From: a virus
Lineage: Duplodnaviria > Caudoviricetes
IMG/VR virus record: IMGVR_UViG_3300033066_002329
Location: 24,944-88,943 of that record
Strand: one strand, 5' to 3'
Length of the DNA stretch: 64,000 bases
Position numbers and translations under genes: made by a program. Positions 9,912-17,666 of the stretch are shown in pieces; position 1 is the first letter of the stretch, and the number at the start of each line of letters is the position of its first letter. The notes below the pieces were generated by a model. That model saw only the letters and a program-made list of their open reading frames with translations, had not been told where the DNA came from and searched no databases.

Positions 9912-9937
9912 TACGAATAGAAATAAAATAAGTTTCA
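9912..9937 (-). promoter_or_regulatory. ECF/sigmaW-type promoter TGAAAC-N16-CGTA(TAA)
   Basis: Exact motif upstream of the DUF3228-like gene. Confidence 0.85.
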
Positions 9938-9948
9938 ATAAAAATAAA

Positions 9949-10272
9949 TTATTTTATAATATAAGCATATTGACCATTCTCAAGCATACTTAAATGTTGC
10001 GGTGCCCTGAATAAATTAGGCCCAACATATGATGTATTTGCAGAAACATAAAATTCCATTATCTCTTTTTCGCTTGTTTGTACTTTGCAAATCCATCCAT
10101 TTCTGATTTTTTTCGCATCTTCAAGAGCTTTGAGCTCATAATTTTCTCCATGAGATGTACATTCATAAAATATATCACCTTTTTTTAATTCTTTTATTTC
10201 TAAATAAAAGTCTTTCCAATCTTCTCCCTCTTTAAATAAAGACGGACTAATAATTTTTGCTTCTTTTTCCAT
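9949..10272 (-). CDS. Hypothetical protein
   Basis: 107-aa ORF in the dominant orientation. Confidence 0.7.
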   Translation of the reverse strand: MEKEAKIISPSLFKEGEDWKDFYLEIKELKKGDIFYECTSHGENYELKALEDAKKIRNGWICKVQTSEKEIMEFYVSANTSYVGPNLFRAPQHLSMLENGQYAYIIK

Positions 10273-10417
10273 AATAACTAAGTTTTTTAGTTTAATAAAG
10301 AACGATTTTATTGTCTTTTATAAATATGTAAAACTTATTTTTATTATAAAAAAGTTAATAAAAAAAGGCTCAAAATTGAGCCTTTAATTTATTGATTTTC
10401 AATATTTTATATATTTT

Positions 10418-11476
10418 TTAACTTCCACATCCACCTCCACAGCCTCCTCCTCCACAGCCGCTACTACAACCGCTTGAACCACAGCCGCTTGAGCCTCCAC
10501 TATCACTTCCGCAACCGTGCCCTCCTCCACTGTCTCCTCCATGACCACTATCTCCTCCGTGACCACCACCATGATTAGAGTCCGCTCCACAGCCTAAAAA
10601 AGAACCAGCTATTGTACAGCCTGTACCTCCTGAATCGCTTGAACTACTGTTACTTTCTTTTTTTGAACTTTCGGAATTTGTTTTTTTAGAAGACGAACTC
10701 TTACTCGAATAACTTGAATTAGTTGTTTTTTTAATATTATCTTTGTTACTTGCATAATATCCTATGTCATTTTTAACATAATTACTATAACTACTGCTAC
10801 GTTTTTCTTTCGTAAAGTATCTATATATACCATGCACAACAAAAAATGTAACAAGACCAGCTAAAAAAAATAAAATTAAATCTGAATTATCTGAATTATC
10901 TGAATTTGATGCAGACATTAAAGTCACACAAGTAAAAAACCCAATTAAAGCTATTGAATATACAATTAAATGTTTTTTAATTTTTGCCTTATTAAGGACA
11001 ATATTATCATTCATATTTACTCTTTTAAAGTTTATATCTTCAAAGCGTTTTTTTGTGTTAGGCCATATGTCTGACGGAGCTTTTTCTCCAAATTCTGACT
11101 CATAAAAGTCAAGAGTGAATTGATATTGGTCTTTATATTTAACTGTTTCCTGATTTCCTCCTTTAGTAGGGCCATGATGTAATGATACACCTAAAGTTTC
11201 TTTACACAAATCAGTCCAATAAGAGTGAGTATAAATCATATGAAGATGCCATGCTTGGTCTACTTCTTCCGAAGGAGTTAAAGACTTACCAGAAATTACT
11301 GAAAGATATAAGAATTTCTTATATTCATTAATTACTCTTTTGGAATATTCACGACTCCAACCATTTTCTTTTGATAATCTACTTGAAAAAGGGAAAGATG
11401 ATGTGGGGCTATCAAGATTAAAATCTGATATTTTTTTCCACAATTCTATTTGTTTATTTTTATCTTGTATTCTCAT
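10418..11476 (-). CDS. Glycine-rich domain-containing membrane protein (GRDP/TIGR04222-like)
   Basis: LSKENGWS, EYKKFLYL, TPSEEVDQAWHLH, HHGPTKGG; two TM helices; Gly/Cys/Ser tail ending GGGGCGGGCGS. Confidence 0.85.
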   Translation of the reverse strand: MRIQDKNKQIELWKKISDFNLDSPTSSFPFSSRLSKENGWSREYSKRVINEYKKFLYLSVISGKSLTPSEEVDQAWHLHMIYTHSYWTDLCKETLGVSLHHGPTKGGNQETVKYKDQYQFTLDFYESEFGEKAPSDIWPNTKKRFEDINFKRVNMNDNIVLNKAKIKKHLIVYSIALIGFFTCVTLMSASNSDNSDNSDLILFFLAGLVTFFVVHGIYRYFTKEKRSSSYSNYVKNDIGYYASNKDNIKKTTNSSYSSKSSSSKKTNSESSKKESNSSSSDSGGTGCTIAGSFLGCGADSNHGGGHGGDSGHGGDSGGGHGCGSDSGGSSGCGSSGCSSGCGGGGCGGGCGS

Positions 11477-11488
11477 ATTATTAATTTA

Positions 11489-11514
11489 TACGAAATTACA
11501 AAAAAAAAGTTACA
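11489..11514 (-). promoter_or_regulatory. ECF/sigmaW-type promoter TGTAAC-N16-CGTA(TAA)
   Basis: Exact motif 13 nt upstream of the GRDP start. Confidence 0.85.
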
Positions 11515-11522
11515 GACAAAAT

Positions 11523-12116
11523 TTATTTTTTAAGATTACCGAACTCATCAAAGTCTTCAACTTCTGGAAATTGTGAAGGAATACCAGGATATGCTCGTAC
11601 AGAACCAGTAGATGAAATATTCATTCCATCTCTCTCTTCTATTTTCTTATCATTTTTTAAGACTTTATTACCTATGCCTATTTCTCTTATTATACCACTT
11701 AATTTTAACTTTTGAATAGGTGTCCAATTAAGTATTTTTTTACTATCTGCAGCAGCAGCTCCAGTAGCTTTATTAAATGCAATGGTAATATGTGGTATAT
11801 CATTTTTTGAATAATATCCAGATACTCCAAAGGCTATAGCATTTTCTGAAATTCCAATCATATCAACAGTGAGTTCAACATCCTTATTTAAATCGCCTCT
11901 TAATCTTAATGTTTCTGGCAATCCACCATGAGCAATTGTCATATGATAATGAGCTGGTTCGCTCCAACCATCAGGAATATAATTTTTAGAAAATTCTTGT
12001 ATCTTCTGTATTTCTGATGGTTCTTCAATTACAACTGCAGAGTATAAAACATCACGATTTAAATATACTTCACTTAATGTTTTTCTAATTATATTACGAA
12101 GTTTATTCAGCATCAA
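11523..12116 (-). CDS. 2H phosphoesterase
   Basis: Two HxT motifs, YHMTIAH and PHITIAF. Confidence 0.75.
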   Translation of the reverse strand: MMLNKLRNIIRKTLSEVYLNRDVLYSAVVIEEPSEIQKIQEFSKNYIPDGWSEPAHYHMTIAHGGLPETLRLRGDLNKDVELTVDMIGISENAIAFGVSGYYSKNDIPHITIAFNKATGAAAADSKKILNWTPIQKLKLSGIIREIGIGNKVLKNDKKIEERDGMNISSTGSVRAYPGIPSQFPEVEDFDEFGNLKK

Positions 12117-13173
12117 AACTTTTCATTAAATTGTAAATCATCTGTCTATACTCATCTGTTTGAGTCATATCTATTCTCTTAAGATTTTGAATATTACCAT
12201 TTCTCAAAATTTGTTTATTTTCTAAGAAGACTTTTAATAAACCTTTCGAATCTGTAAATTGATGTTCTATTTCAAAATTTGTACCAAATGATTCATTAAA
12301 TTCTTTAATTTTTTCTTCAAACATTTTTAATTCTTTAAGATGTTTATTACTCATCAAATCAAGTCCAGATATTTTTGATTCATTTATTTTAGCATCAATT
12401 GAAAACATTACATATTTGTGATTAATTGATTTATTAGAAAACCTCTCATCTAGTATTTCAGATTTTGTAATATTTACAATTTCACTACCTTCAATAAAAT
12501 ACATAAGCCATTCAAACATAAAATCAGGTAATTTAACATTCCCTCCTCTATCTAAAACTCCATTTTTACAGTCAATACCTCTTTCTATGCCAACTTGTAA
12601 ATCATCCTTTAACCTTTTATTGTACATCATCTCACCTGGAGTAACTCCCCTAAATTCAGGTTCATTATTCATTGGGTAAAATCTTCCATTTTTATCTTTA
12701 GGCAAATCTCTTACATCTGTAAATTGCTTATTAACATCATATAACATTCCTCCAACAACATCCTCATATTTTGCTCTTAAATCGTTCTCAGAAGGTTGTA
12801 TTTTTTTTGTTTCTCCAAGAGTATTTCTAATTGATTTAATGCTTTCTATTGGTATACCAGTCCTATTTGAAGCATATTTATAATCAGCTTCTCTTAAATT
12901 TTTTTCTGATATAGAAATAAAATCATCTAAAAATTGTTTTTGAAAATCATCCAAAGGCCATTTAAGATGATTGAATTTTTTTGTTATAGGTTTACCTGCA
13001 TATCTACCATCGCTCTCATTTAAAGAAATAGCCGAATCCATAAAAGAGATAGAACCCATAGGTCTTTTTAAAACTGGAATAGAAACTTTTGAATTCTTTT
13101 TTTTCTTTTTAATTCTTTTAGTTTCTTCAGTTATTAATTTTAAAATAATATCTAAAGTACTTTTTGTATTCAT
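12103..13173 (-). CDS. Hypothetical protein, possibly virion-associated
   Basis: 356-aa ORF overlapping the next start; no recognisable domain. Confidence 0.7.
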   Translation of the reverse strand: MNTKSTLDIILKLITEETKRIKKKKKNSKVSIPVLKRPMGSISFMDSAISLNESDGRYAGKPITKKFNHLKWPLDDFQKQFLDDFISISEKNLREADYKYASNRTGIPIESIKSIRNTLGETKKIQPSENDLRAKYEDVVGGMLYDVNKQFTDVRDLPKDKNGRFYPMNNEPEFRGVTPGEMMYNKRLKDDLQVGIERGIDCKNGVLDRGGNVKLPDFMFEWLMYFIEGSEIVNITKSEILDERFSNKSINHKYVMFSIDAKINESKISGLDLMSNKHLKELKMFEEKIKEFNESFGTNFEIEHQFTDSKGLLKVFLENKQILRNGNIQNLKRIDMTQTDEYRQMIYNLMKSFDAE

Positions 13174-13175
13174 AA

Positions 13176-13595
13176 TTAGTCACCTTCTGTTCCAAAACTT
13201 TTCAATGCATTAGTTTGCATTTTTTCCATTGCTTTATATGGCTCATTTAAAATTTGAATAGACCCATCTAAATTAACTGCAAATAATGGTTCTTCTCCAT
13301 ATTTTTCTTTAAAATCGTTAATATATCCATTCATCTTAAATATTTTATTTGATGTTGGATGAGTCCAAGCCTCAGAACCTAATATATCATCCTTAGATAA
13401 AATATGAGTTTTTCCTATCCCTTCAATTGAAGGCAAATAAGCATTACCTCTATTTTTAAAATCTACCTCTTTTCTAGTTTGTGGCAATTCATTAAATGGT
13501 CTAACCTGAAGAATATCAACCCCTTTAATAATAGGAGTTTTTTCTTGTTCAAATAATCTTTCAAGAGCTTCTCTGATATATTGTCTAAGTTTCAT
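13176..13595 (-). CDS. Hypothetical protein, possibly virion-associated
   Basis: N-terminal LRQYIREALE motif; TATTTAT element upstream. Confidence 0.7.
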   Translation of the reverse strand: MKLRQYIREALERLFEQEKTPIIKGVDILQVRPFNELPQTRKEVDFKNRGNAYLPSIEGIGKTHILSKDDILGSEAWTHPTSNKIFKMNGYINDFKEKYGEEPLFAVNLDGSIQILNEPYKAMEKMQTNALKSFGTEGD

Positions 13596-13621
13596 AACCT
13601 TTTTGTAATAAATAGCCTAAA

Positions 13622-13653
13622 AAAGCAAAAAAGCCTGGCATATACCAGGCTTT
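13622..13653 (-). terminator. Intrinsic terminator closing the tRNA/TrpRS operon
   Basis: AAAGCCTGGTA-t-ATGCCAGGCTTT followed by a T-rich tail, right after TAG TAG. Confidence 0.8.
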
Positions 13654-13656
13654 CTA

Positions 13657-14361
13657 CTACCAATAATCCCATCTTGCAGAATTTCTGTGGTGATATCTGT
13701 ATTCGTATTTATCGAATTCATCACCTCCGAACATCATATTCTTATAGACAGTTTGTTTAGAATTTCTTCTATCTGAACGATGGTATGGTTTTATGAAATC
13801 TTTTGGAGGATTTGCATCTCCCCATATTTGGACATCATAGAATTTTTTGCTAGATAATTCATCATGCTTTTCATTGATTTGGCTTTCTATTACAGAATCA
13901 AACTCTTTATAATGAGTCACCCAACGAGCTTTAATTTTTATAACGAAGAAGTATGTTTGAACCACACATCTGTAACGTGGCCAAAAACTATTGTAGTCTT
14001 TATCTCCATAAGTTATTTTACAGAAGTATTTTTTAACTTCTGGCTCTAAGCCCTCATAGACTCTTTCTGAAATATAACCGAATCCAGGACTTACATATTC
14101 GTATTTCCCTTTTCTGATTTTTTTCTTGAAAGATTTGTCTCTATTCCAGACTCTTTCTCCTACAAGTTGGATACATTTATAGAATACCCAAGCATCATCA
14201 CGATTCTTGATGTCATCTCTTAAGTCCCATACTTTGTAGTAGCCATCTTTATATGGCTTTTCTAATTCTATCCAGTTTTGATTATCCTGGATTTTTTCAA
14301 GCTCCCATTTGTCTCTTTGGACTTTGAGCTTCTCTTTGTAAAGAGGATGTTTTGTGTTCAT
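13657..14361 (-). CDS. Basic, aromatic-rich conserved hypothetical protein
   Basis: WIELEKPYKDGYYKVWDLRDDI resembles Bacteroidota proteins that I recall from RtcB/TROVE RNA-repair neighbourhoods (unverified). Confidence 0.65.
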   Translation of the reverse strand: MNTKHPLYKEKLKVQRDKWELEKIQDNQNWIELEKPYKDGYYKVWDLRDDIKNRDDAWVFYKCIQLVGERVWNRDKSFKKKIRKGKYEYVSPGFGYISERVYEGLEPEVKKYFCKITYGDKDYNSFWPRYRCVVQTYFFVIKIKARWVTHYKEFDSVIESQINEKHDELSSKKFYDVQIWGDANPPKDFIKPYHRSDRRNSKQTVYKNMMFGGDEFDKYEYRYHHRNSARWDYW

Positions 14362-14376
14362 ACGATTTTAGTTTAC

Positions 14377-14427
14377 TTACCAAAATCGCCAAACTCCTCC
14401 TGCAGTGCTTTTTAAGTTATTTTTCAT
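14377..14427 (-). CDS. Leader peptide MKNNLKSTAGGVWRFW*
   Basis: Hand-translated. Its last codons (CGATTTTGGT) form a 10-bp hairpin with ACTAAAATCG directly before the next ATG. Confidence 0.6.
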   Translation of the reverse strand: MKNNLKSTAGGVWRFW

Positions 14428-14451
14428 TTTTTTATTTTTGTTTTTTATCCG

Positions 14452-14523
14452 TAGCCTCGGCAGGAATCGAACCTGCATCTGAAGTTTAGGAAACTTTTAT
14501 TCTATCCATTGAACTACGAAGCC
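14452..14523 (-). tRNA. tRNA-Arg(CCT)
   Basis: Acceptor GGCTTCG/CGAGGCT, anticodon loop TT-CCT-AA, T-loop TTCGATT. Confidence 0.92.
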
Positions 14524-14789
14524 AAATCATCTTGAATATCATTCCAGATTTGCTTATTAATTTTAAACTTTGGAGTACGTTCATATTTTTCATATGTACA
14601 CATCCAACAATTACATGGCCTTGCTGTCGTTCTTAAAAAAGTGCAAGACTCCCCTTTTTCTATCTCCTTAATCCACTCTTCTCTTTTTTGTGGATGATAG
14701 CTATAAGTTCCTTGAGTCCAAACTTTAATTCTTTTCTTAAACTTTACTTTTTTTTTGTAACGTCTTAGGGCTCTTTTATAATTTTTCAT
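14514..14789 (-). CDS. Small basic protein with a CxCxxC motif; stop codon lies inside tRNA-Arg(CCT)
   Basis: Lys/Arg-rich N-terminus, PCNCWMC; the last 10 nt overlap the tRNA 5' end. Confidence 0.75.
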   Translation of the reverse strand: MKNYKRALRRYKKKVKFKKRIKVWTQGTYSYHPQKREEWIKEIEKGESCTFLRTTARPCNCWMCTYEKYERTPKFKINKQIWNDIQDDLAS

Positions 14790-14807
14790 ATACTTCAGGT
14801 GTTATCC

Positions 14808-14883
14808 TCACCAGAATGCGTCGAAGTATTTCGATTTAGCATCTGGCTTAGCGCCTGCAGTATCTGAGTTTAATATTAAACAT
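14808..14883 (-). promoter_or_regulatory. Leader ORF region: MFNIKLRYCRR* in the ATG frame, or ...NSDTAGAKPDAKSKYFDAFW* in the +1 frame
   Basis: Hand-translated. Shares T-A-G and F-W-stop with the 14377-14427 leader; ATACTTC pairs with GAAGTAT just before the next ATG. Confidence 0.5.
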
Positions 14884-14912
14884 AGTTTTATTTTTTATAA
14901 ATATACGAATTT

Positions 14913-15641
14913 TTAAGAGAACTTCTCAATCATTTTACGAGAAATCTCCTCCTTAAGTTGCAAATTTGTTTCATATTTATCAATTTCTACACCTAAATGC
15001 CTGGCAATCAAATGAATATTTTTTGTTCCATCCTCATTCATATTTGCCTTTCTAATCTTTTTATCATAATCTTCATCAAATAGATAAAGTACATGCTTTT
15101 CTCCTGCGGACTTAGACATTTTCTTTGTTGGGTCTATAAGTGACATAACCTTGTCTGCATCTCCAAATTCATATTTATAATATTTTCCATCAACTCTTTT
15201 AGATATGTCATTACAAAGGTCTATATGAGCAACTTGGTCTTTACCAACAATAATTACATCTGGGTCATTCATCATAATATCTGCAGCCATAAGTACAGGA
15301 TATAACAATAGGCCCATATCAAATTTAACATCATCTTTTTTATCCTTGTATTGAGGCATCTTAACAAGAGTAGGTAAACTAAGTTTGCAACATAATTTAA
15401 AAAAAAGTTCAGTATATTCTGGAGTTTGTCTTTTAATGTTTTTACAGCCAAGTCTAATTAATTCTTGCTCTGTTACATCTGAATAATTATCAGTTGTTAG
15501 AGCATGATAATTTGCTATAAGAAATGTTACATCGTGACCCTGCGCTTGAAGCTCAAGTCCTCTCTTAATGCATCCCAAATAGTTTCCGATATGAAGTCGT
15601 CCTGTAGGTTGAATCCCAATAAGATATTTTTTTGTTTCCAT
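14913..15641 (-). CDS. trpS: Tryptophanyl-tRNA synthetase (compact, 242 aa)
   Basis: GIQPTGRLHIGNY (HIGH), YPVLMAADI, VGKDQ, KMSKS. Confidence 0.95.
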   Translation of the reverse strand: METKKYLIGIQPTGRLHIGNYLGCIKRGLELQAQGHDVTFLIANYHALTTDNYSDVTEQELIRLGCKNIKRQTPEYTELFFKLCCKLSLPTLVKMPQYKDKKDDVKFDMGLLLYPVLMAADIMMNDPDVIIVGKDQVAHIDLCNDISKRVDGKYYKYEFGDADKVMSLIDPTKKMSKSAGEKHVLYLFDEDYDKKIRKANMNEDGTKNIHLIARHLGVEIDKYETNLQLKEEISRKMIEKFS

Positions 15642-16084
15642 GATAATGTTTTTAATTTTGTTTCATTTAAATTTTCTTCACAAAAACCGATAAGTGGTTT
15701 TGTTTTAATCCAAGAGTCTTTATCAGAAAGACCTTCAAGAGAAGAATCATCATCAATTAAAATAAAATTATCAAAATTATTTTCAGCAATAAATTTTTCA
15801 AATTCTTCTTTTCTACTTATATAACCATAAATAGGAACGATACCGTCAATTTGTTTTTTGATATTTCTATTTTTAAATATTTGATTTAACTCTTCATTTT
15901 TTTTTGTTCTTCTCCTATCAGAGATAAGCCATAATTCAAAATTTAAATCATCTGTAAGCTCATTAAAATTATCTACAGCTATAGAGTTGAATTTTGAATA
16001 ACCATCGCTTTCTAATTCATCTCTACGCCAAGAAGGAGTTGTAATAAGAACTCCATCCAAGTCTAATATAATTACATTTTTCAT
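15527..16084 (-). CDS. HAD-superfamily phosphatase (Swiss-Army-Knife RNA-repair-like HAD)
   Basis: MKNVIILDLDGVL, ISDRR, ILIDDD. True start placed at 16084 because the track start (16135) lies inside tRNA-Trp. Confidence 0.8.
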   Translation of the reverse strand: MKNVIILDLDGVLITTPSWRRDELESDGYSKFNSIAVDNFNELTDDLNFELWLISDRRRTKKNEELNQIFKNRNIKKQIDGIVPIYGYISRKEEFEKFIAENNFDNFILIDDDSSLEGLSDKDSWIKTKPLIGFCEENLNETKLKTLSWKQKNILLGFNLQDDFISETIWDALREDLSFKRRVTM

Positions 16085-16087
16085 TTG

Positions 16088-16161
16088 CACTAGCGGCAGG
16101 AATCGAACCTGCCCACGGAGATTTGGAGTTTCCATCGCCTACCCTTGGGACATTCGCTAGT
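16088..16161 (-). tRNA. tRNA-Trp(CCA) copy 1
   Basis: Acceptor ACTAGCG/CGCTAGT, G73, loop CT-CCA-AA, T-arm GCAGG-TTCGATT-CCTGC. Confidence 0.9.
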
Positions 16162-16255
16162 ATGTGATGATTCTCATTACTATTGAATCATCATTGAATT
16201 GCATCCTTCCTTTCGTAAGTGAGTAAGAGATTTAAAAATCTCAGCAATTCTATTG

Positions 16256-16326
16256 CACGCCTGGACAGATTCGAACTGCCATCAAAAGTTTTGGAGACTT
16301 CTATTCTACCATTGAACTACAGACGT
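16256..16326 (-). tRNA. tRNA-Trp(CCA) copy 2
   Basis: Acceptor ACGTCTG/CAGGCGT, G73, GAAGT-CTCCAAA-ACTTT, T-loop TTCGAAT. Confidence 0.92.
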
Positions 16327-16335
16327 ATATTTTTG

Positions 16336-16412
16336 CAGCCACCACGGGAGTCGAACCCGTATGTATCCAGTTACTCTTTCAACTGTTTAGAAGACAGAGG
16401 AGTTATGCAGCC
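16336..16412 (-). ncRNA. tRNA-like RNA with an Arg(TCT) anticodon arm but no canonical D-arm
   Basis: CTGT-CTTCTAA-ACAG arm, T-arm ACGGG-TTCGACT-CCCGT, wobble-rich acceptor, D-loop-like AACTGGATA placed 3' of the anticodon arm. Confidence 0.7.
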
Positions 16413-16510
16413 ATAATAAAAAATAATTATGAATAACTGGAATTGCGATATTCCATTACGTTATTAGCGTTGTCGCAGTCTCACTACTATACAGCCATAA
16501 TTATTTTTTG

Positions 16511-16583
16511 TGACCCTAGAGGAATTCGAATCCCCATTAAAAGCTTAGAAGGCTCTTGTCCTATCCAGTTGAACGATAAGGCC
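16511..16583 (-). tRNA. tRNA-Arg(TCT)
   Basis: Acceptor GGCCTTA/TAGGGTC, D-loop AACTGGATA, AGAGC-CTTCTAA-GCTTT, T-loop TTCGAAT. Confidence 0.92.
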
Positions 16584-16664
16584 ATTTATAGTTAGTCTAA
16601 GTAGTTTTATGATGCCAACTATTAAATGCATCCTCATAACGGATTACTACAATCCTTGAATTTG

Positions 16665-16740
16665 TGCTAAGTAGTGGAGTCGAACCACCAGATAATCAGT
16701 ACGTACATAACTATCTTTCCAAATGCATGCTTATTTGACC
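16665..16740 (-). ncRNA. Degenerate tRNA-like element
   Basis: Clear T-arm GGTGG-TTCGACT-CCACT and an AGATAG/TTATCT stem; no assignable anticodon and a poor acceptor stem. Confidence 0.35.
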
Positions 16741-16749
16741 TCAACATTG

Positions 16750-16837
16750 CGGAAGCAGTCGTATTCGAAACGAGCCCAACTAAATGGGTTCTTGTTTTCC
16801 AAACAAGCAAGAGCCACCTGCCCTATCTTCAACTTCC
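16750..16837 (-). tRNA. tRNA-Ser(GGA)
   Basis: CTTGT-TTGGAAA-ACAAG, long variable arm, T-loop TTCGAAT, G73. Confidence 0.88.
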
Positions 16838-16841
16838 ATGG

Positions 16842-16927
16842 CGGAAAACGGAGCAATCGAAGCCCAGTCAAATTAATGACCCTCTCGCTTAGCAGGCGGA
16901 GATAGAACCCTGTCTATTTCGTTTTCC
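16842..16927 (-). tRNA. tRNA-Ser(GCT)
   Basis: Acceptor GGAAAAC/GTTTTCC, loop CT-GCT-AA, variable arm GTCA/TGAC, T-loop TTCGATT, G73. Confidence 0.88.
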
Positions 16928-16996
16928 ATTTTTTATGCGGAACTAAAAAGATTCAAAAATCAATTTTTACCACATATTTATTATAAAACTTAATTT

Positions 16997-17662
16997 ATGA
17001 AACCATTATATACTCAGCAACAATTTGACAGTGCTAAATCAAGAGATAAACTTCCTTGTGAATGTTATATTTGTAAAAATACTTTTTATAAAATAAAGTA
17101 TGATATACAAAAACATTTAAACTCTAATAATATGCACAAAATAAAATACTGCTCTTCTAAATGCACTATTACTAAACAAACAGTTAACTGTATTCAATGT
17201 AATAAATCATTTTCTAAAGTTTTAAATCAAATCAAAAAAACAAAGAATAATTTTTGTTCAAAATCTTGTGCTGCAACTTACAACAATGCTCATAAGACCA
17301 TTGGCACAAGACGTTCAAAACTTGAAATTTATCTTGAACAACAACTTACAACCTTATATCCAAATCTTCATGTTGACTTCAACAAAAAAGAAGCGATTAA
17401 TTCTGAACTTGACATCTACATTCCATCTTTAAAACTTGCATTTGAGCTTAATGGCATCTATCATTATGAGCCAATTCATGGTCAAAATAAATTAAGTCAA
17501 ACACAAAATAACGACCAACGTAAATTCCAGGCTTGTATTGAACAAGGTATATCACTATGTATAATTGATGTCTCTAAACAAAAATACTTTAAAGAAAGTA
17601 CAAGTCAAGAGTTCTTAAGTATTATAACTGATATCATAAACAATATGTCAAAGAACATTTAA
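16997..17662 (+). mobile_element. Zn-finger plus PD-(D/E)xK (Vsr/DUF559-like) putative homing endonuclease inside the tRNA array
   Basis: CECYIC, CIQC, FCSKSC; ELDIYIPSLKLAFELNGIYHY. Confidence 0.75.
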
Positions 17663-17666
17663 TCAG

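Noticed and set aside
14901-14930. Tenth ECF-type promoter (CGTATAT) upstream of leader B
   Set aside because: No AAC element at 16-nt spacing; likewise CGTTATAA at 17822-17829 and TGTAAC-N16-CTAA at 28598-28623.
16085-16135. Track start of the HAD ORF at 16135
   Set aside because: Lies inside tRNA-Trp; the HAD motif begins after the ATG at 16084.
16163-16250. Hammerhead ribozyme (CTGA...GAAA present)
   Set aside because: CTGAGAT does not fit CUGANGA, and the GAAA is a hairpin loop rather than a junction strand.
16219-16905. Plus-strand ORFs 16219-16416, 16674-16892 and 16723-16905
   Set aside because: Antisense shadows of tRNA genes.
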